NCBI GenBank assembly: GCA_000004985.1 | Contig: GG738852.1 | Origin: Naegleria gruberi | Lineage: Eukaryota | DNA: 64,000 bases | Strand: one strand, 5' to 3' | Shown here: positions 53,932-64,000 of the stretch, piece after piece | Layout of the letters: every line of letters starts with the position of its first letter | How positions within the stretch are numbered: position 1 is the first letter of the stretch | Position numbers and translations under genes: made by a program | The notes under the pieces: model-generated | Seen by the model: only the letters and a program-made list of their open reading frames with translations | The model's database searches: none | Told to the model about the DNA's origin: nothing

Positions 53932-55617
53932 ATGTCAGCAATGATGTTCATCATTAAATTTCTCATCGTTACCATTTGTTTAATCCAAATTTGTGTTCAC
54001 TCAACATTGAACGATGAAATATTCAACTCTGTAATATCTACCAATCAATTACCATTTGAAATGCCATCTTTTGATCAAGTGTTAAATTCCAACAAGTTTG
54101 TTCTCGCTCATTATTTCAAACCCTTTCCACTTTCAATTGATAATAAGAATCCATCTCAAGATTATTATTCAGTTAATTATTTACAACCATCAGGAGAGGG
54201 AAATAAATTTATAAAACAAGGTGGTTTTTTGAGAGTGAGACCTCTTCCAATATTTGCACCACAAAATGCTTCAAATATTTATTGGAAATTAACAAATATG
54301 GAAAAGGAAGTGAGAATGGCAATTGCTAGAGGTATTAATGGATGGTCCTATGATATTTTGAGTGTTAAGGATATTGGTAATGGAACTTGTTTTTATAAGG
54401 GGACTTTATGTGAATTGTCAATCATGTTGCAAGCTGTTAAAAATGTTGATTCTCAATCAAGATTTAAAGTAGTTTTAATGCCAGATATGTCTTCTTCACT
54501 TTCACTATCAGATATTGTAACAATAGTTAAATATTTATATAATGACACTGCCATTTATAGAAATGGTTCAAAACCTGTCATTGCACCATTTTATGCAGAA
54601 GGTGTTTCACCAATTCAATGGCAAAGTTTATTACAAAATTTAACAAGTGATGGATTTCCAATACTTTTACTTCCAACATTTTTAACTATTTCTTCAAAAT
54701 ATATTAATGTAGAAATGTATGCTAATATTAGTATTGGAATGGGTGTTTGGGCAACTGTTGGAGTGCCAACACAAGGTTCTTCATCTATTGCATATGCTTC
54801 AACTGTTAGGAATGCAAAATCTAATAATTCTTTATTATTTTGGCTGGGAATGATGCCACAAACTTATAAACCAAAAGATTGCATACTCTATGATTCGTAT
54901 AACAGTTTAGCTTATAGAAATGCATGGATGTCTACTTTACAAACAAATGCAGATATTGTTCATGTGGCAACTTGGAATGATTTTAGTGAAAGTGGTCAAT
55001 TACAACCAATTACTGATTTACAAAATACAACAGGAAACGGATTTTATGATTTAACAGCTTATTATGCACATTGGTGGAGAACTGGATTACAACCAACTAT
55101 TATTAGAGATGTTGTTTATTATTTTTATAGAAAGGAAGCCACCAATGCCTATGCACCTAATATGGGATGTAATTTTACAATGGGAATTTCACAAAGTGTT
55201 TCAAATCAAATTGAAGTATTGACCTTTACAACAGATCAATCAATTTTAACAATTATTATTGAGAATTCAAATTATACATTTATGATTAATTCAAGTGGTA
55301 TTAATTCTTTCTTTATTCCATTACAAGCTGGAAAACCAAATATTCAATTATGGAGAAATGGAATTAATATCATTACTGTAGAAGGAAATCATGAAATTTT
55401 TGCAACCAATGTTGGATTACCGAATGGAGTATTGGATTTGACTTATTGGAGCGGAAGTACTGCTTCTTTTATTACACCTTCGAAAAGTGTAAATACTTTT
55501 ACTTCCTCTAATAGAAACGTGGGTAGCTCAATAGTTGCAATTTCCAAATGTTCAACTCATGTGAATATGTTTATTCCATTATTCTTTGTATTCATTGCAA
55601 TATTATTAATATTTTAA
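53932..55617 (+). CDS. Secreted, possibly GPI-anchored glycoprotein. The call as a glycoside hydrolase family 71 (alpha-1,3-glucanase/mutanase-like) protein is tentative.
   Basis: N-terminal signal peptide 'MSAMMFIIKFLIVTICLIQICVHS'. Many N-glycosylation sequons. C-terminal hydrophobic tail 'MFIPLFFVFIAILLIF'. 'FVLAHYFKPFP' and 'EVRMAIARGINGWSYDIL' are faintly GH71-like. Confidence 0.4.
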   Translation: MSAMMFIIKFLIVTICLIQICVHSTLNDEIFNSVISTNQLPFEMPSFDQVLNSNKFVLAHYFKPFPLSIDNKNPSQDYYSVNYLQPSGEGNKFIKQGGFLRVRPLPIFAPQNASNIYWKLTNMEKEVRMAIARGINGWSYDILSVKDIGNGTCFYKGTLCELSIMLQAVKNVDSQSRFKVVLMPDMSSSLSLSDIVTIVKYLYNDTAIYRNGSKPVIAPFYAEGVSPIQWQSLLQNLTSDGFPILLLPTFLTISSKYINVEMYANISIGMGVWATVGVPTQGSSSIAYASTVRNAKSNNSLLFWLGMMPQTYKPKDCILYDSYNSLAYRNAWMSTLQTNADIVHVATWNDFSESGQLQPITDLQNTTGNGFYDLTAYYAHWWRTGLQPTIIRDVVYYFYRKEATNAYAPNMGCNFTMGISQSVSNQIEVLTFTTDQSILTIIIENSNYTFMINSSGINSFFIPLQAGKPNIQLWRNGINIITVEGNHEIFATNVGLPNGVLDLTYWSGSTASFITPSKSVNTFTSSNRNVGSSIVAISKCSTHVNMFIPLFFVFIAILLIF

Positions 55618-56276
55618 TATTGAGATTATCTTCGAAGCTTATTTACTTCAGTGAAGGTAATCTTTACCATATAAACTTTACAAAAGGGAAATTTTGAGTA
55701 CTCAATCTTTCAAGAACAAAATAAATGTTGGGCCAAAACCTTTCCATTCTTTCGAACATTCTGTTTGAACGTATGACCAATATAACTGTTAATCTTTCGA
55801 AACTCAAATTTAGCTAAAATTCAATAAAAGTAAATGGCATTGGTGACAAATCGTTTGAGATTGTTGAATATTTTACGACAATTATCGAAATTGAATTAAT
55901 TCACTCGGCAGCAGTAGAAACATAAAACGGAACCTTCAAAAGATAATCCAAAGAAGAATCATATTCTTGAACCATATATCGTATCTTGTTTGCAAAACCT
56001 AGCACAAATTCCCTTTCTTAATTAATTTGAATTCTCCCTTGCTTAATAGATTCAAATTTGTGCTAATATAAGATAGTAAACTTAACCATCAGTTCAATTT
56101 CAAATCGTTTAAAGATTTCATGGGTTTAGATTTAGAGTCAATTCTCCCAACTCCCCAATATATTTAATGGCTAATATTATTGTTACAATGCTCTCAAACA
56201 CAAGACTCACTCAACTATTTAACTGTTTCAATTCTCCAACTGAATACATAATCAACAATTTTACCAAATTAAAAAA

Positions 56277-59054
56277 ATGTCGCTAATCTACTTGGACTAT
56301 AATGCTACCACACCAATAGATGTTGCAGTCTCCTCTGCAATGATTCCATACATGACCCAACATTTTGGCAATCCATCTTCGTCTCATCACTACGGCACTA
56401 TTACTAAGAAGGCAGTCACACGATCACGTATTCAAGTTTCACAATTGTTGAATTGTCATCCCGATGAGGTGATTTTTACGAGGTTTGTTTTTTAATGCAA
56501 ATTATGAATGACACACTGTAAAACAGTGGAGGAACAGAAAGTAATAATTATGCAATCAAGGTGTGTTTTAATCAATTTTATAATAATAATAATTTTATTC
56601 ATCTAATTTTAACATTAATACCTAAAAATTGGAATTGATCAATTAATTTAAATGAATTTTAATGAATTATTAAAGGGTATTGTGGAGAATGCCCTGTTAA
56701 ACTCAAGTGATCGAATCATTCATTGTATTACATCTAGAGTTGAACATCCTTCAGTGATGGAAGTTTTCAAATTTCTAGAACAAAGATATAGTCGAGTAAG
56801 AGTAACGTATTGTGGTGTTGATGAGAATGGCACGATTAGATTGGACGAATTTAAAAATGCACTGAGTAGGGAGACTCTTTTGGTTAGTGTCATGCATTCG
56901 AATAATGAAGTTGGCACACTGCAACCAATTAGAGAAATTGGAAAATTAATTAGAAGTTTTGAAAAGGAGAATCAAATGGAGAGAAATTCAATCATTTTAC
57001 ATACAGATGCTGCTCAAAGTATTGGAAAAACTTTAATTTCATTATATGAGAAACCATTATACTCTTACATTGATGATGAGGAACAAGGAAAGAAAATTGA
57101 CTTGGACAGAAATGAAATTAGGAACAAGGTGATGGCTCTCAATGAGAATTTTGTAAGTGATCTCTTTGGAACGAGTAGTGATACGGAGGAAGAGGATATC
57201 ACACCGGTTCACCTACTTTCTGTATGTACACACAAATTCTATGGTCCAAAGGGTGTTGGTGCCTTATTTATCAGAAGAAATTGTGGCATTCAATTAGAGA
57301 AACAAGTGCATGGAGCTTCTGTTCATGAGAGAGGATACAGAAGTGGTACTGAGAATGTTATTCTAGTTGTTGGATTAGGTAAAGCCTGTGAGCAATGCCT
57401 TATTCATATGGTTGACAGAGTTGAACACATGTTTACAACAAGGGAGAAACTTTACAATGGATTGTTAAACAACTTGTCAAATATTGTACAAATCAAACTG
57501 AATGGTCATCCAGAGAAGAGACTTCCAAACACTTTGAATATTTCTTTTGCTGGAATTGAGGCTAATACAATTTTAGATGATCTCTCCCAACACATTGCAG
57601 CAAGTGCTGGTTCAGCTTGCCACTCTTCATCTCATGAGGAAGGCGCAGAGAAGAAAATTGTAATTTCACAAATATTGGCTGAAATGGGAGTGGATGTAAA
57701 TATTGCTATGGGAACTATACGTTTCTCAACTGGTTTATTATTGACAAATGATGAGGTTGAGAGTGCTATTCACCATGTTACTGATACTATTAGCAAATTG
57801 AGTGGTGGAAATGCATCTTTTGCAATTACTTCTCAATTAAGCAATAGTTTATTCACACCAATAGAAGTTCCATCTATCAAATCAGGACTGGATTTGGCAA
57901 TGAAAAGAGTAGTGGAAGATATGGTTGAACCTTCATTTTCTGCAGAGAATGAGGGATTCAATGTGAAACTCACCTCCACAACTCACGGATTGGGATGTGG
58001 ATGCAAGATTAGAGCACAAACACTCTCAAGTATTTTGAGCAAGATACCAAAGCAACCATTCGATCCTAATGTTCTGGTTGGAACTGAGACGAGTGACGAT
58101 TGTGGTGTGTACAAGCTTACTTCTGAGCTTGCACTGTGCGCCACTGTTGACTTTTTTACACCTATTGTCGATTCTCCAAAAGATTTCGGAGCCATTGCAT
58201 GCGCCAACGCCTTAAGTGATGTTTATGCAATGGGAGGAGAGTGTAAAGTTGCTCTCAATATTGTGGCCTTCCCAGTTAAGAGACTCTCATTAGATATTTT
58301 ACAATTGATTCTGCAAGGTGCACAAGAAAAAGCCAGTGAAGCTGGTGTTACCATCATTGGTGGTCACTCAATAGAAGATAATGAACCAAAGTTTGGTATG
58401 TGTGTCAGTGGCTTGGTTCATCCTGAACGAATTTGGAAGAATGTTGGATGCAGAAATGGAGATGTACTCTTATTGACCAAACCTATTGGTACAGGAGTAC
58501 TCACTACAGCCATGAAGAAAGGACTTATTGGACCTAATGATGATTGTTCCAAGAAGTGTATCGAATGGATGTCCACACTTAATAAGAGTGCCTCAGAAAT
58601 TTTGAGAGGCTTGCACAGAGTAAATTCATCCTCCACACCATATGAAATACATGCCTGCACGGATATTACAGGTTTTGGATTAATGGGTCACTTAAGAGAA
58701 ATGATTACTGGAGACAATCAAGATAATTTATATGCACAAATTGAATCTGAAAAAGTTCCATTCATGGACAAGGCCTATGAAATGATTCTCTCAGATATCA
58801 TTCCTGGTGGTACAATTAACAATATGAATTTTGTTCAAAAGATCACTAAATTCAATGAGAGTGTTAGTCAAATTGTAAGAACTTTATTGTGTGATGCTCA
58901 AACCTCTGGTGGTCTCTTATTTAGTGTTTCTCCACATGAGAGTGAGGAAATTATTTCTGATTTCAAGAGATTAGGTATTTCAATATGGACAGTTGGTTCT
59001 ATTAAGCAACATGATACATGTTCCAATGATAATTGTACCATTCACGTATTGTAA
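56277..59054 (+). CDS. selD: Fusion protein: NifS-like class-V aminotransferase (cysteine desulfurase/selenocysteine-lyase-like) at the N-terminus and selenophosphate synthetase (SelD/SPS, Cys-type) at the C-terminus, 3 exons. Approximate join(56277..56482, 56527..56560, 56676..59054).
   Basis: Exon 1 'LIYLDYNATTP...HHYG...EVIFT' connects via a 34-nt exon 'SGGTESNNYAIK' to 'GIVENALLN...RVEHPSV'. The PLP-Lys region is 'CTHKFYGPKGVGALFIRR' and the active Cys loop is 'SAGSACHSSS'. The SelD half has 'THGLGCGCKIRAQTLSSIL' (the GCGCK loop with Cys, not Sec), 'VGTETSDDCGVYKL', 'FFTPIVDSPKDFGAIACANALSDVYAMGG' and 'GGHSIEDNEPKFG'. Introns are 44 and 115 nt (GTTTGT and GTGTGT donors). Confidence 0.8.
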
Positions 59055-59075
59055 GAATGATCTAGTTAAAATACT

Positions 59076-60713
59076 TTAATTATTGTCACTAGGTGTGGTG
59101 GTTAATACACTATTTTCTACAAGTTCAATATCTGTTGGTTTTGTAACGGGAGCAGAAGGTTCTGAAATGATTGAAGTTGGAGTGTGACAATCCTCCGAAA
59201 TTAGTGAGCTAGTAGAATTGGAAAGCGTTTCACTTTGTCCAGGCACTGTCAAATATTGATTGAATTGTGGAGCGGTAACATTCCCATTGTCCTTAGAGTG
59301 GTCGATACTAAATGATGGAGTCATTGGTGATGTTGGCTCACCACTGTAAACACTATCTGTATCCACCATTGCACTTGTTGTATTACTTTTACCTTCGATG
59401 TGTTTCTTCTTCATTCTTCTATCGAATGTCTTTTCTGTATAATTAAATAATGGATTGTACAACATGAGTACAACAATTGCAAAGCTCAAAATTCCAAATG
59501 AATTGACAAAATAATGAGCTGTTTCCCAAATATCATTTCCACTCACTCTTGTAATTGTTTGTAAAATCATAGCAACCACCTGCAGAATTGCACAAAAAGA
59601 CAAACCTAATTGTAACACAATAATCTTGGCAAATCTTTTCCTCTTGACACACAACTTCTTTTGTTCTCTCTGAGACTTGACAGCTTGTTTGTTGATTGTT
59701 GAGACAACCTTAAATCCATAAATGTTAAACAGTATTGTTTCTGCAATAATCATTGAGCAATCAATTAAAAAGATGGAAATGTAGAATGCTAAGAGGAAAT
59801 CTTTCACAATTGCCAGTCTAGCCAATAAATAGCCAACTGATATTACAATCATAATCAAGGAAGCAATTACAAAGTAGAGAATATTTCCAGAAATGATCGA
59901 AATTTGTAAAATCTTGAAAGCTTTGGGTGAGATGGCTCCAATTTTCTGACATGTCGTCAAACTATCTCAATATATTAACATATTTAAATTTCCAAAATAC
60001 ACTTACAATACATTCAAAACAAAACACATAATAACTAAGGTAGTTGTCATATTTCCAAATGTGAGTCCCAACTCTGCACTGGCAAATACAAAGAATGCTG
60101 CAATCTGATGTCTCAAACTCTCATCTGTAATTGTAATGGAAGTCAATTGTTTAAATGAATTATCCAACGTGATTGAGAGAATATCACTCACACTTCTCAC
60201 ACACAATGCCAAGATTTGAATGACAACCAAACAAATAACCATGCAAAACATTACTTTTTGATTCTTATTCATGACTGCTTCCTTCTTTTCTTGTCCAGAA
60301 TTTGATTTTCCATTTGTTTGTTGCTGATTATTTTGATGATTGTTAGAGTGTACTGAGAAACTACTTCTGTGACTTTGACTCACTTCTCCTCTACTATTCG
60401 AAACTGCTGTTGGTCCATTAGTAGTATTACTTCCAGAGGCTTGCTTTGATGATTGCTGGTGTTGTACATGATCCGATGAGGAGGCTGATGCTGGTTGATT
60501 ATGAATAGAGGATAGAGACATTGGATCCTCTTCCTTTTCGCACCACTTGGAAGTATTTCTCAACTTGACACTAATGATGAAAGAAATGAATAAGAGCAAA
60601 TAGGTTAAGAATGCAACGAGAAAGAATGAACTGATTCCAATACTAGCTGCAGCGTAGGGAACCTCTTTTAAATAATACTTGACGTAGGTGGCATTGTAGG
60701 TCAGCTGATCCAT
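59076..60713 (-). CDS. Seven-transmembrane (GPCR-like) protein with a long S/Q-rich loop and an S/T-rich C-terminal tail, probably 2 exons. Approximate join(60713..60011, 59944..59076).
   Basis: Exon 1 has TM1 plus a long loop plus TM2–3. Exon 2 has TM4–7 plus a tail. Only a phase-0 junction (weak GTATTG donor, CAG acceptor at '...gtcag|aaaattgga') joins the frames ('...CFVLN|KIGAISPK...'). The strong GTAAGT 4 nt downstream is out of phase. Confidence 0.4.
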
Positions 60714-61039
60714 TTTGTATTTTGTATGTTTGTTTGTTTTTTCTGAATAGTTGATGGAATCAAGATTCAGAGGTAGATGCTAGCATGATGTTTATGTTTT
60801 TTGAAAAGAGCATACATTTTGGGATGACTAAAACCAAATGGAAACAATCCTATTTTTTGTAATAAATTCGCGTGTACTCATTTTCTTTGTTGAGATTTGT
60901 TCTTCTCAAAAGGAAAGAACTACTTTGTTCATGAAAGTATCAATGAGGAAGTTAGGTGATAATTGTATGAAATTGAAAAGTTATTTGGAAATTAATGATT
61001 CAATAAGGAATACCAATTGTATTTTCTATTAATTATAAA

Positions 61040-63088
61040 TTAATTTTTAATACCTTGTTGTGTTGCTACATATAATAACTCTTTCAGGCCAGCAATTTCA
61101 AAATTTTTCAATTCAACTCTTTTTCTTTCAGTAACCAGTTTCTTCCTCAGATAGGTTGGGTTTTTGAAAAATGGAATTCCTTGTTCGTGCACAAGCTCTG
61201 ATTCTTCTTCTTCTGTTTCTGAAGTTGGAATCTCAGCAAGATTCATGACTGGTTGAGGCGGAGGAGACTTGGATATTCCATTCGATTTGGTAGTCGATTT
61301 AGTGGTATTCGAAATGGTTGAAACATTGGAAGGGGACTTTTTGTTACTGGAAGGCATGCTAGTAGGAGTTGACATGTTACTGATATTTGTAGGAACATTT
61401 GGGGTCACTGCTGGCGTACTATTAGATGCACTCTTAGAAATCTTTCCAGTTGTTGATGGACTTCTCTTCTGGGAGCTGTTTGTAGCGCTTGGAGTTTGGT
61501 ACTTTTCAGTATTCCTTGTTGGAGGAGAGCAATCTCTAGAATGCTTATTGCTTGAAGATTGCTCTGGTTCGTCAACATTGGAGTTTGGCGATTGAACAAT
61601 GTGAGAGTTTTCTTTCAAAACATTATTCTCCTGCTTTAAACTTTCAATTCTATCAACTAATTTGTGTTTTAACTTTTTGTATCTTTCCAGCTTTTCAATC
61701 ATCTTTTCATACTTTTCAACAAAGGTTGAGAATTGAAGCTTGGTTTGATCGAATTCCTTAACAAAATTCACCAAATCTTTTTCTTGATGCTTAATCTTTT
61801 TGGATTTGGTATGAAGCTCCTTTTGTTGTGATCCAATTTGAGCTTCAAGTTCTGAAATTCTCATATTTTGTTCCTCTATTCTCTTCTCAAGTCTTGCAAT
61901 TGTTTCTGCTTGTTGAGAGCACCTATCGTTGGATGATCGTAGTTGTTCTGTGGCTCTTGAAAGCTCCCCTTCCAAATTATTTACATTTTCGCTTAATCCT
62001 CTATTCTCGGTTTGCAGCTTGTCAATCTGAGTGGCGAGTTGTTGCGATGTTTCTGAAAGAGAGTCTAACCTCTCCTTCCAAGTTTTCTTTAGGGTCAACA
62101 ACTTTTGATTCTCTTCGGCCATCCTTTGTTGTTGATTGTAGTATTGTTCATTTAGTGCCTTTTCGTTTTTGAAACCTTCGTTAGCAATTTTCTCTCTTCT
62201 TTGACTTTCCATAAGTTCATTTTCGAGCATTGCTAATTTCCTTTCTAAATCTCTGTTCTTCTTTTCTAAATCCCATTTTTCTTTCTCATTCCATTTAGCG
62301 TCAAAGTCAATTGAAGATTTAACTTCATTGTCACCGTCATAGCCATTAGAAGCTGCCACTGATTCAAACCTATTAAGTAAATTTTTTGATGGTGAAACTG
62401 TTTTAGAGAGATCTGTTTTTTCCATAGAAGCTATTTGTTGATTCAGAGGATTTCTAATGGTCACATGAATGTCATTGAATCCATCACTTGCCATTATGGC
62501 TGTAGCAGAATCATCATCATCGTCCATCACCATAAGGCTGTTTAGAATATTTTGTCCAGTCTGAGAATCTATTGTTTGATTGGAATTCTTTTGCCAATTT
62601 TTAAGAGTGGTCACCACTGATATTAATGAATCTGATTTTTCGGAATCTGAACTGCTTGAAGTCTTGTTGTCATATTCTCCAAAATGAGAAATTAGTTCAT
62701 GAGATGAGAGTTTTCCAATACTTTGTTTCATTTCTTTAAGGTCGTATTTAAATTCAAGAAGTTCATTATCATCACTCTTCCTTATTCTTTGGGCTCTTCC
62801 GAACATGTCATCCCATTCAGTGTCATCTTCCTCTGAGAGCATTGAAGTATCGTAATTAGTGCTGAAACTTTCATCCAATTGCGAAAGTTCCTTTGCCTTG
62901 GAACTATTGAGACTAGTTCCAGTCGATTGTTGAGATGTATTTGTTGCAAGTAATTCAATCTTATTCGGTGAGGGTTGTTGAGGTGGAAGATTGCTACAAG
63001 CAAAATTAGCACCAGAATTGTTATTTGGTGTGTTAGGATTACTGGTCCTTTTCTTTGCGGGTGATGATGAATTTGAGAGAACCATCAT
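61040..63088 (-). CDS. Coiled-coil protein of 682 aa with an S/T/N-rich N-terminus and a basic C-terminus. Function unknown.
   Basis: Extended heptad-repeat E/K/L/Q-rich core ('LERKLAMLENELMESQRREKIANEG...LQTENRGLSENVNNLEGELSRATEQL'). The start is 'ATGATGGTTCTC'. Upstream lie (AAG)6 and E2F-like sites. Confidence 0.5.
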   Translation of the reverse strand: MMVLSNSSSPAKKRTSNPNTPNNNSGANFACSNLPPQQPSPNKIELLATNTSQQSTGTSLNSSKAKELSQLDESFSTNYDTSMLSEEDDTEWDDMFGRAQRIRKSDDNELLEFKYDLKEMKQSIGKLSSHELISHFGEYDNKTSSSSDSEKSDSLISVVTTLKNWQKNSNQTIDSQTGQNILNSLMVMDDDDDSATAIMASDGFNDIHVTIRNPLNQQIASMEKTDLSKTVSPSKNLLNRFESVAASNGYDGDNEVKSSIDFDAKWNEKEKWDLEKKNRDLERKLAMLENELMESQRREKIANEGFKNEKALNEQYYNQQQRMAEENQKLLTLKKTWKERLDSLSETSQQLATQIDKLQTENRGLSENVNNLEGELSRATEQLRSSNDRCSQQAETIARLEKRIEEQNMRISELEAQIGSQQKELHTKSKKIKHQEKDLVNFVKEFDQTKLQFSTFVEKYEKMIEKLERYKKLKHKLVDRIESLKQENNVLKENSHIVQSPNSNVDEPEQSSSNKHSRDCSPPTRNTEKYQTPSATNSSQKRSPSTTGKISKSASNSTPAVTPNVPTNISNMSTPTSMPSSNKKSPSNVSTISNTTKSTTKSNGISKSPPPQPVMNLAEIPTSETEEEESELVHEQGIPFFKNPTYLRKKLVTERKRVELKNFEIAGLKELLYVATQQGIKN

Positions 63089-63200
63089 GATGAAAATATC
63101 TTCTTCTTCTTCTTCTTAGTAAAGGCTTTTTTGCTAGATTAAAATCAGGCCACCAACAAAGCCTTCTTAGTGTTTCTTTTTTTTTAAATATTTTTTCCCG

Positions 63201-63250
63201 CTTTATGATTACATTTTTCAAAAAGCGCCAAATTTTTTCCCGCCAAAAGG
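63201..63250. promoter_or_regulatory. Cluster of three E2F-consensus matches (TTTTCCCGC, GCGCCAAAT, TTTCCCGCCAAAAGG) in the promoter region between the coiled-coil gene (minus) and the Pus gene (plus).
   Basis: 'tttttcccgctttatgatt...aaaagcgccaaattttttcccgccaaaagg' lies 110–160 nt upstream of ATG 63088. An (AAG)6 tract sits at about 63100–63117. Confidence 0.35.
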
Positions 63251-63597
63251 AATTTGTTTTATCTTGTAAAAACTAACACAAATAAATTATTTATCAGCTG
63301 GGTGCTTATAGTAGGTAGGAAGCATTATCGCTCATGAAATAGCTCAGCGGGAAGTCAGAAAGTTGTCATCATAATCAATTCACTGAATTGGGTAAGGAAA
63401 TAAAAAATGACAAGTTTAAATCGAGATGATTTATGGTTAACATTTTCTTACCTTTTAAAAAAATATTTACAAGTAGAAAATAATAAAGCAGTGTGATGGT
63501 GAGGATTAACAAGAGGCCATTCACATCAACAACAACTGATTAGAAAACCAGAAAATTAATTAGCAATGAATGGTATTAATTTTGATTGAACAAAAAA

Positions 63598-64000
63598 ATG
63601 ACGAAAAGAAGGTTTGTACCATCAACAAGACGAGAATATTTAATTCAAATTATTTCAGAGTTTTGGCTTGTATCGGATATTGTGGATTCGGACTGAAAGG
63701 TTCTCAATTACAGACACCATACTCTCATGCCTACAGTATGTTGTTTCAACCTATTTAAATATACTCAATAATTTCATTGAATTTGAATATCGGAATATTA
63801 TCGGAATGTAGCTGTTGAGGGTGTGATGGCAAAAAGACTTGTTCAAAATGGATTGGTCAAGGAAATTAACTTTTTAAATCCAACAAACATGGGATTTGAG
63901 AGAAGTAGTAGAACTGACAAGGGTGTCCACTCTGTTGCCAATTTCATTTCATTTAAAGCCGAGTCGGATGTGGATAAAAGAGATGAATATGAAGCTGGAG
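63598..64000 (+). CDS. TruA/Pus-family tRNA pseudouridine synthase, 5' portion truncated by the window end. Approximate join(63598..63611, 63659..63735, 63812..>64000).
   Basis: 'RVLACIGYCGFGLKGSQLQ' is the TruA N-terminal Y-x-G-x-x-F-x-G-x-Q motif. 'VEGVMAKRLVQ' and 'RTDKGVHSVANF' (the catalytic-Asp motif RTDKGVHA) fit the family. Exon 1 (ATG in an A-rich context plus a GTTTGT donor) is tentative; the 76-nt GTATGT..TAG intron is well supported. Confidence 0.55.

Noticed and set aside
59990-60010. Using the strong GTAAGT donor at 60001–60006 for the 7TM gene intron
   Set aside because: It leaves phase 2. Every downstream AG then gives an immediate stop or the wrong frame. Only the weaker in-phase GTATTG donor 4 nt upstream joins the two ORFs, so the junction is reported as tentative.
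63330-63400. tRNA-like D-arm string 'TAGCTCAGCGGGAAG'
   Set aside because: No acceptor stem, anticodon arm or GTTCGANTC T-loop can be built around it. Judged a chance match.

Overview
This window is eukaryotic nuclear DNA. It is AT-rich (roughly one-third GC by eye), very gene-dense (about 40 protein-coding genes in 64 kb), and intron-poor. The introns that exist are very short, about 31–107 nt with a mode near 45 nt, and one is about 235 nt. I see no rRNA, no convincing tRNA, no CRISPR array and no obvious transposon.

The genetic code looks standard. Stop codons are overwhelmingly TAA, and start codons sit in an A-rich 'AAAAAAATG' context. The supplied ORF track sometimes calls TTG as 'M', so several true ATG starts lie downstream of the track start. 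My hand-derived splice coordinates may be off by 1–2 nt. One arithmetic inconsistency showed up around 51.05–51.09 kb.

The gene content points to a flagellated, mitochondriate, selenium-using unicellular eukaryote:
- Axonemal/ciliary genes: an LRRC6/TilB-type dynein-arm assembly factor, a roughly 1650-aa CFAP43/44-type WD40 plus coiled-coil protein, and tubulin cofactor C.
- Mitochondrial genes: ribosomal protein S15, ICT1 and a PARL-type rhomboid.
- A NifS-like–selenophosphate synthetase fusion.
- A fungal-type Zn2Cys6 zinc cluster, which together with the short introns hints at a zoosporic-fungus-like or protist lineage. I cannot assign the lineage from this window.

Housekeeping genes present include OGG1, Dim1, CIAO1, Bdp1, RPC9, TRAPPC1, Brix/SSF1 and transketolase.

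The items I consider most worth follow-up are:
- the NifS–SelD fusion gene
- a transketolase with an unexplained ~370-aa N-terminal domain
- a Zn2Cys6 finger that can only be reconstructed through a 2-nt micro-exon flanked by two ~50-nt introns
- an atypical Ras-like GTPase carrying an F-box-like N-terminus, a degenerate switch II and a polybasic-CAAX tail
- a head-to-head rhomboid/iRhom-like pair about 50 nt apart
- palindromic E2F-like TTTGGCGCCAAA elements upstream of several genes
- several convergent gene pairs whose stop codons are only 2–10 nt apart.
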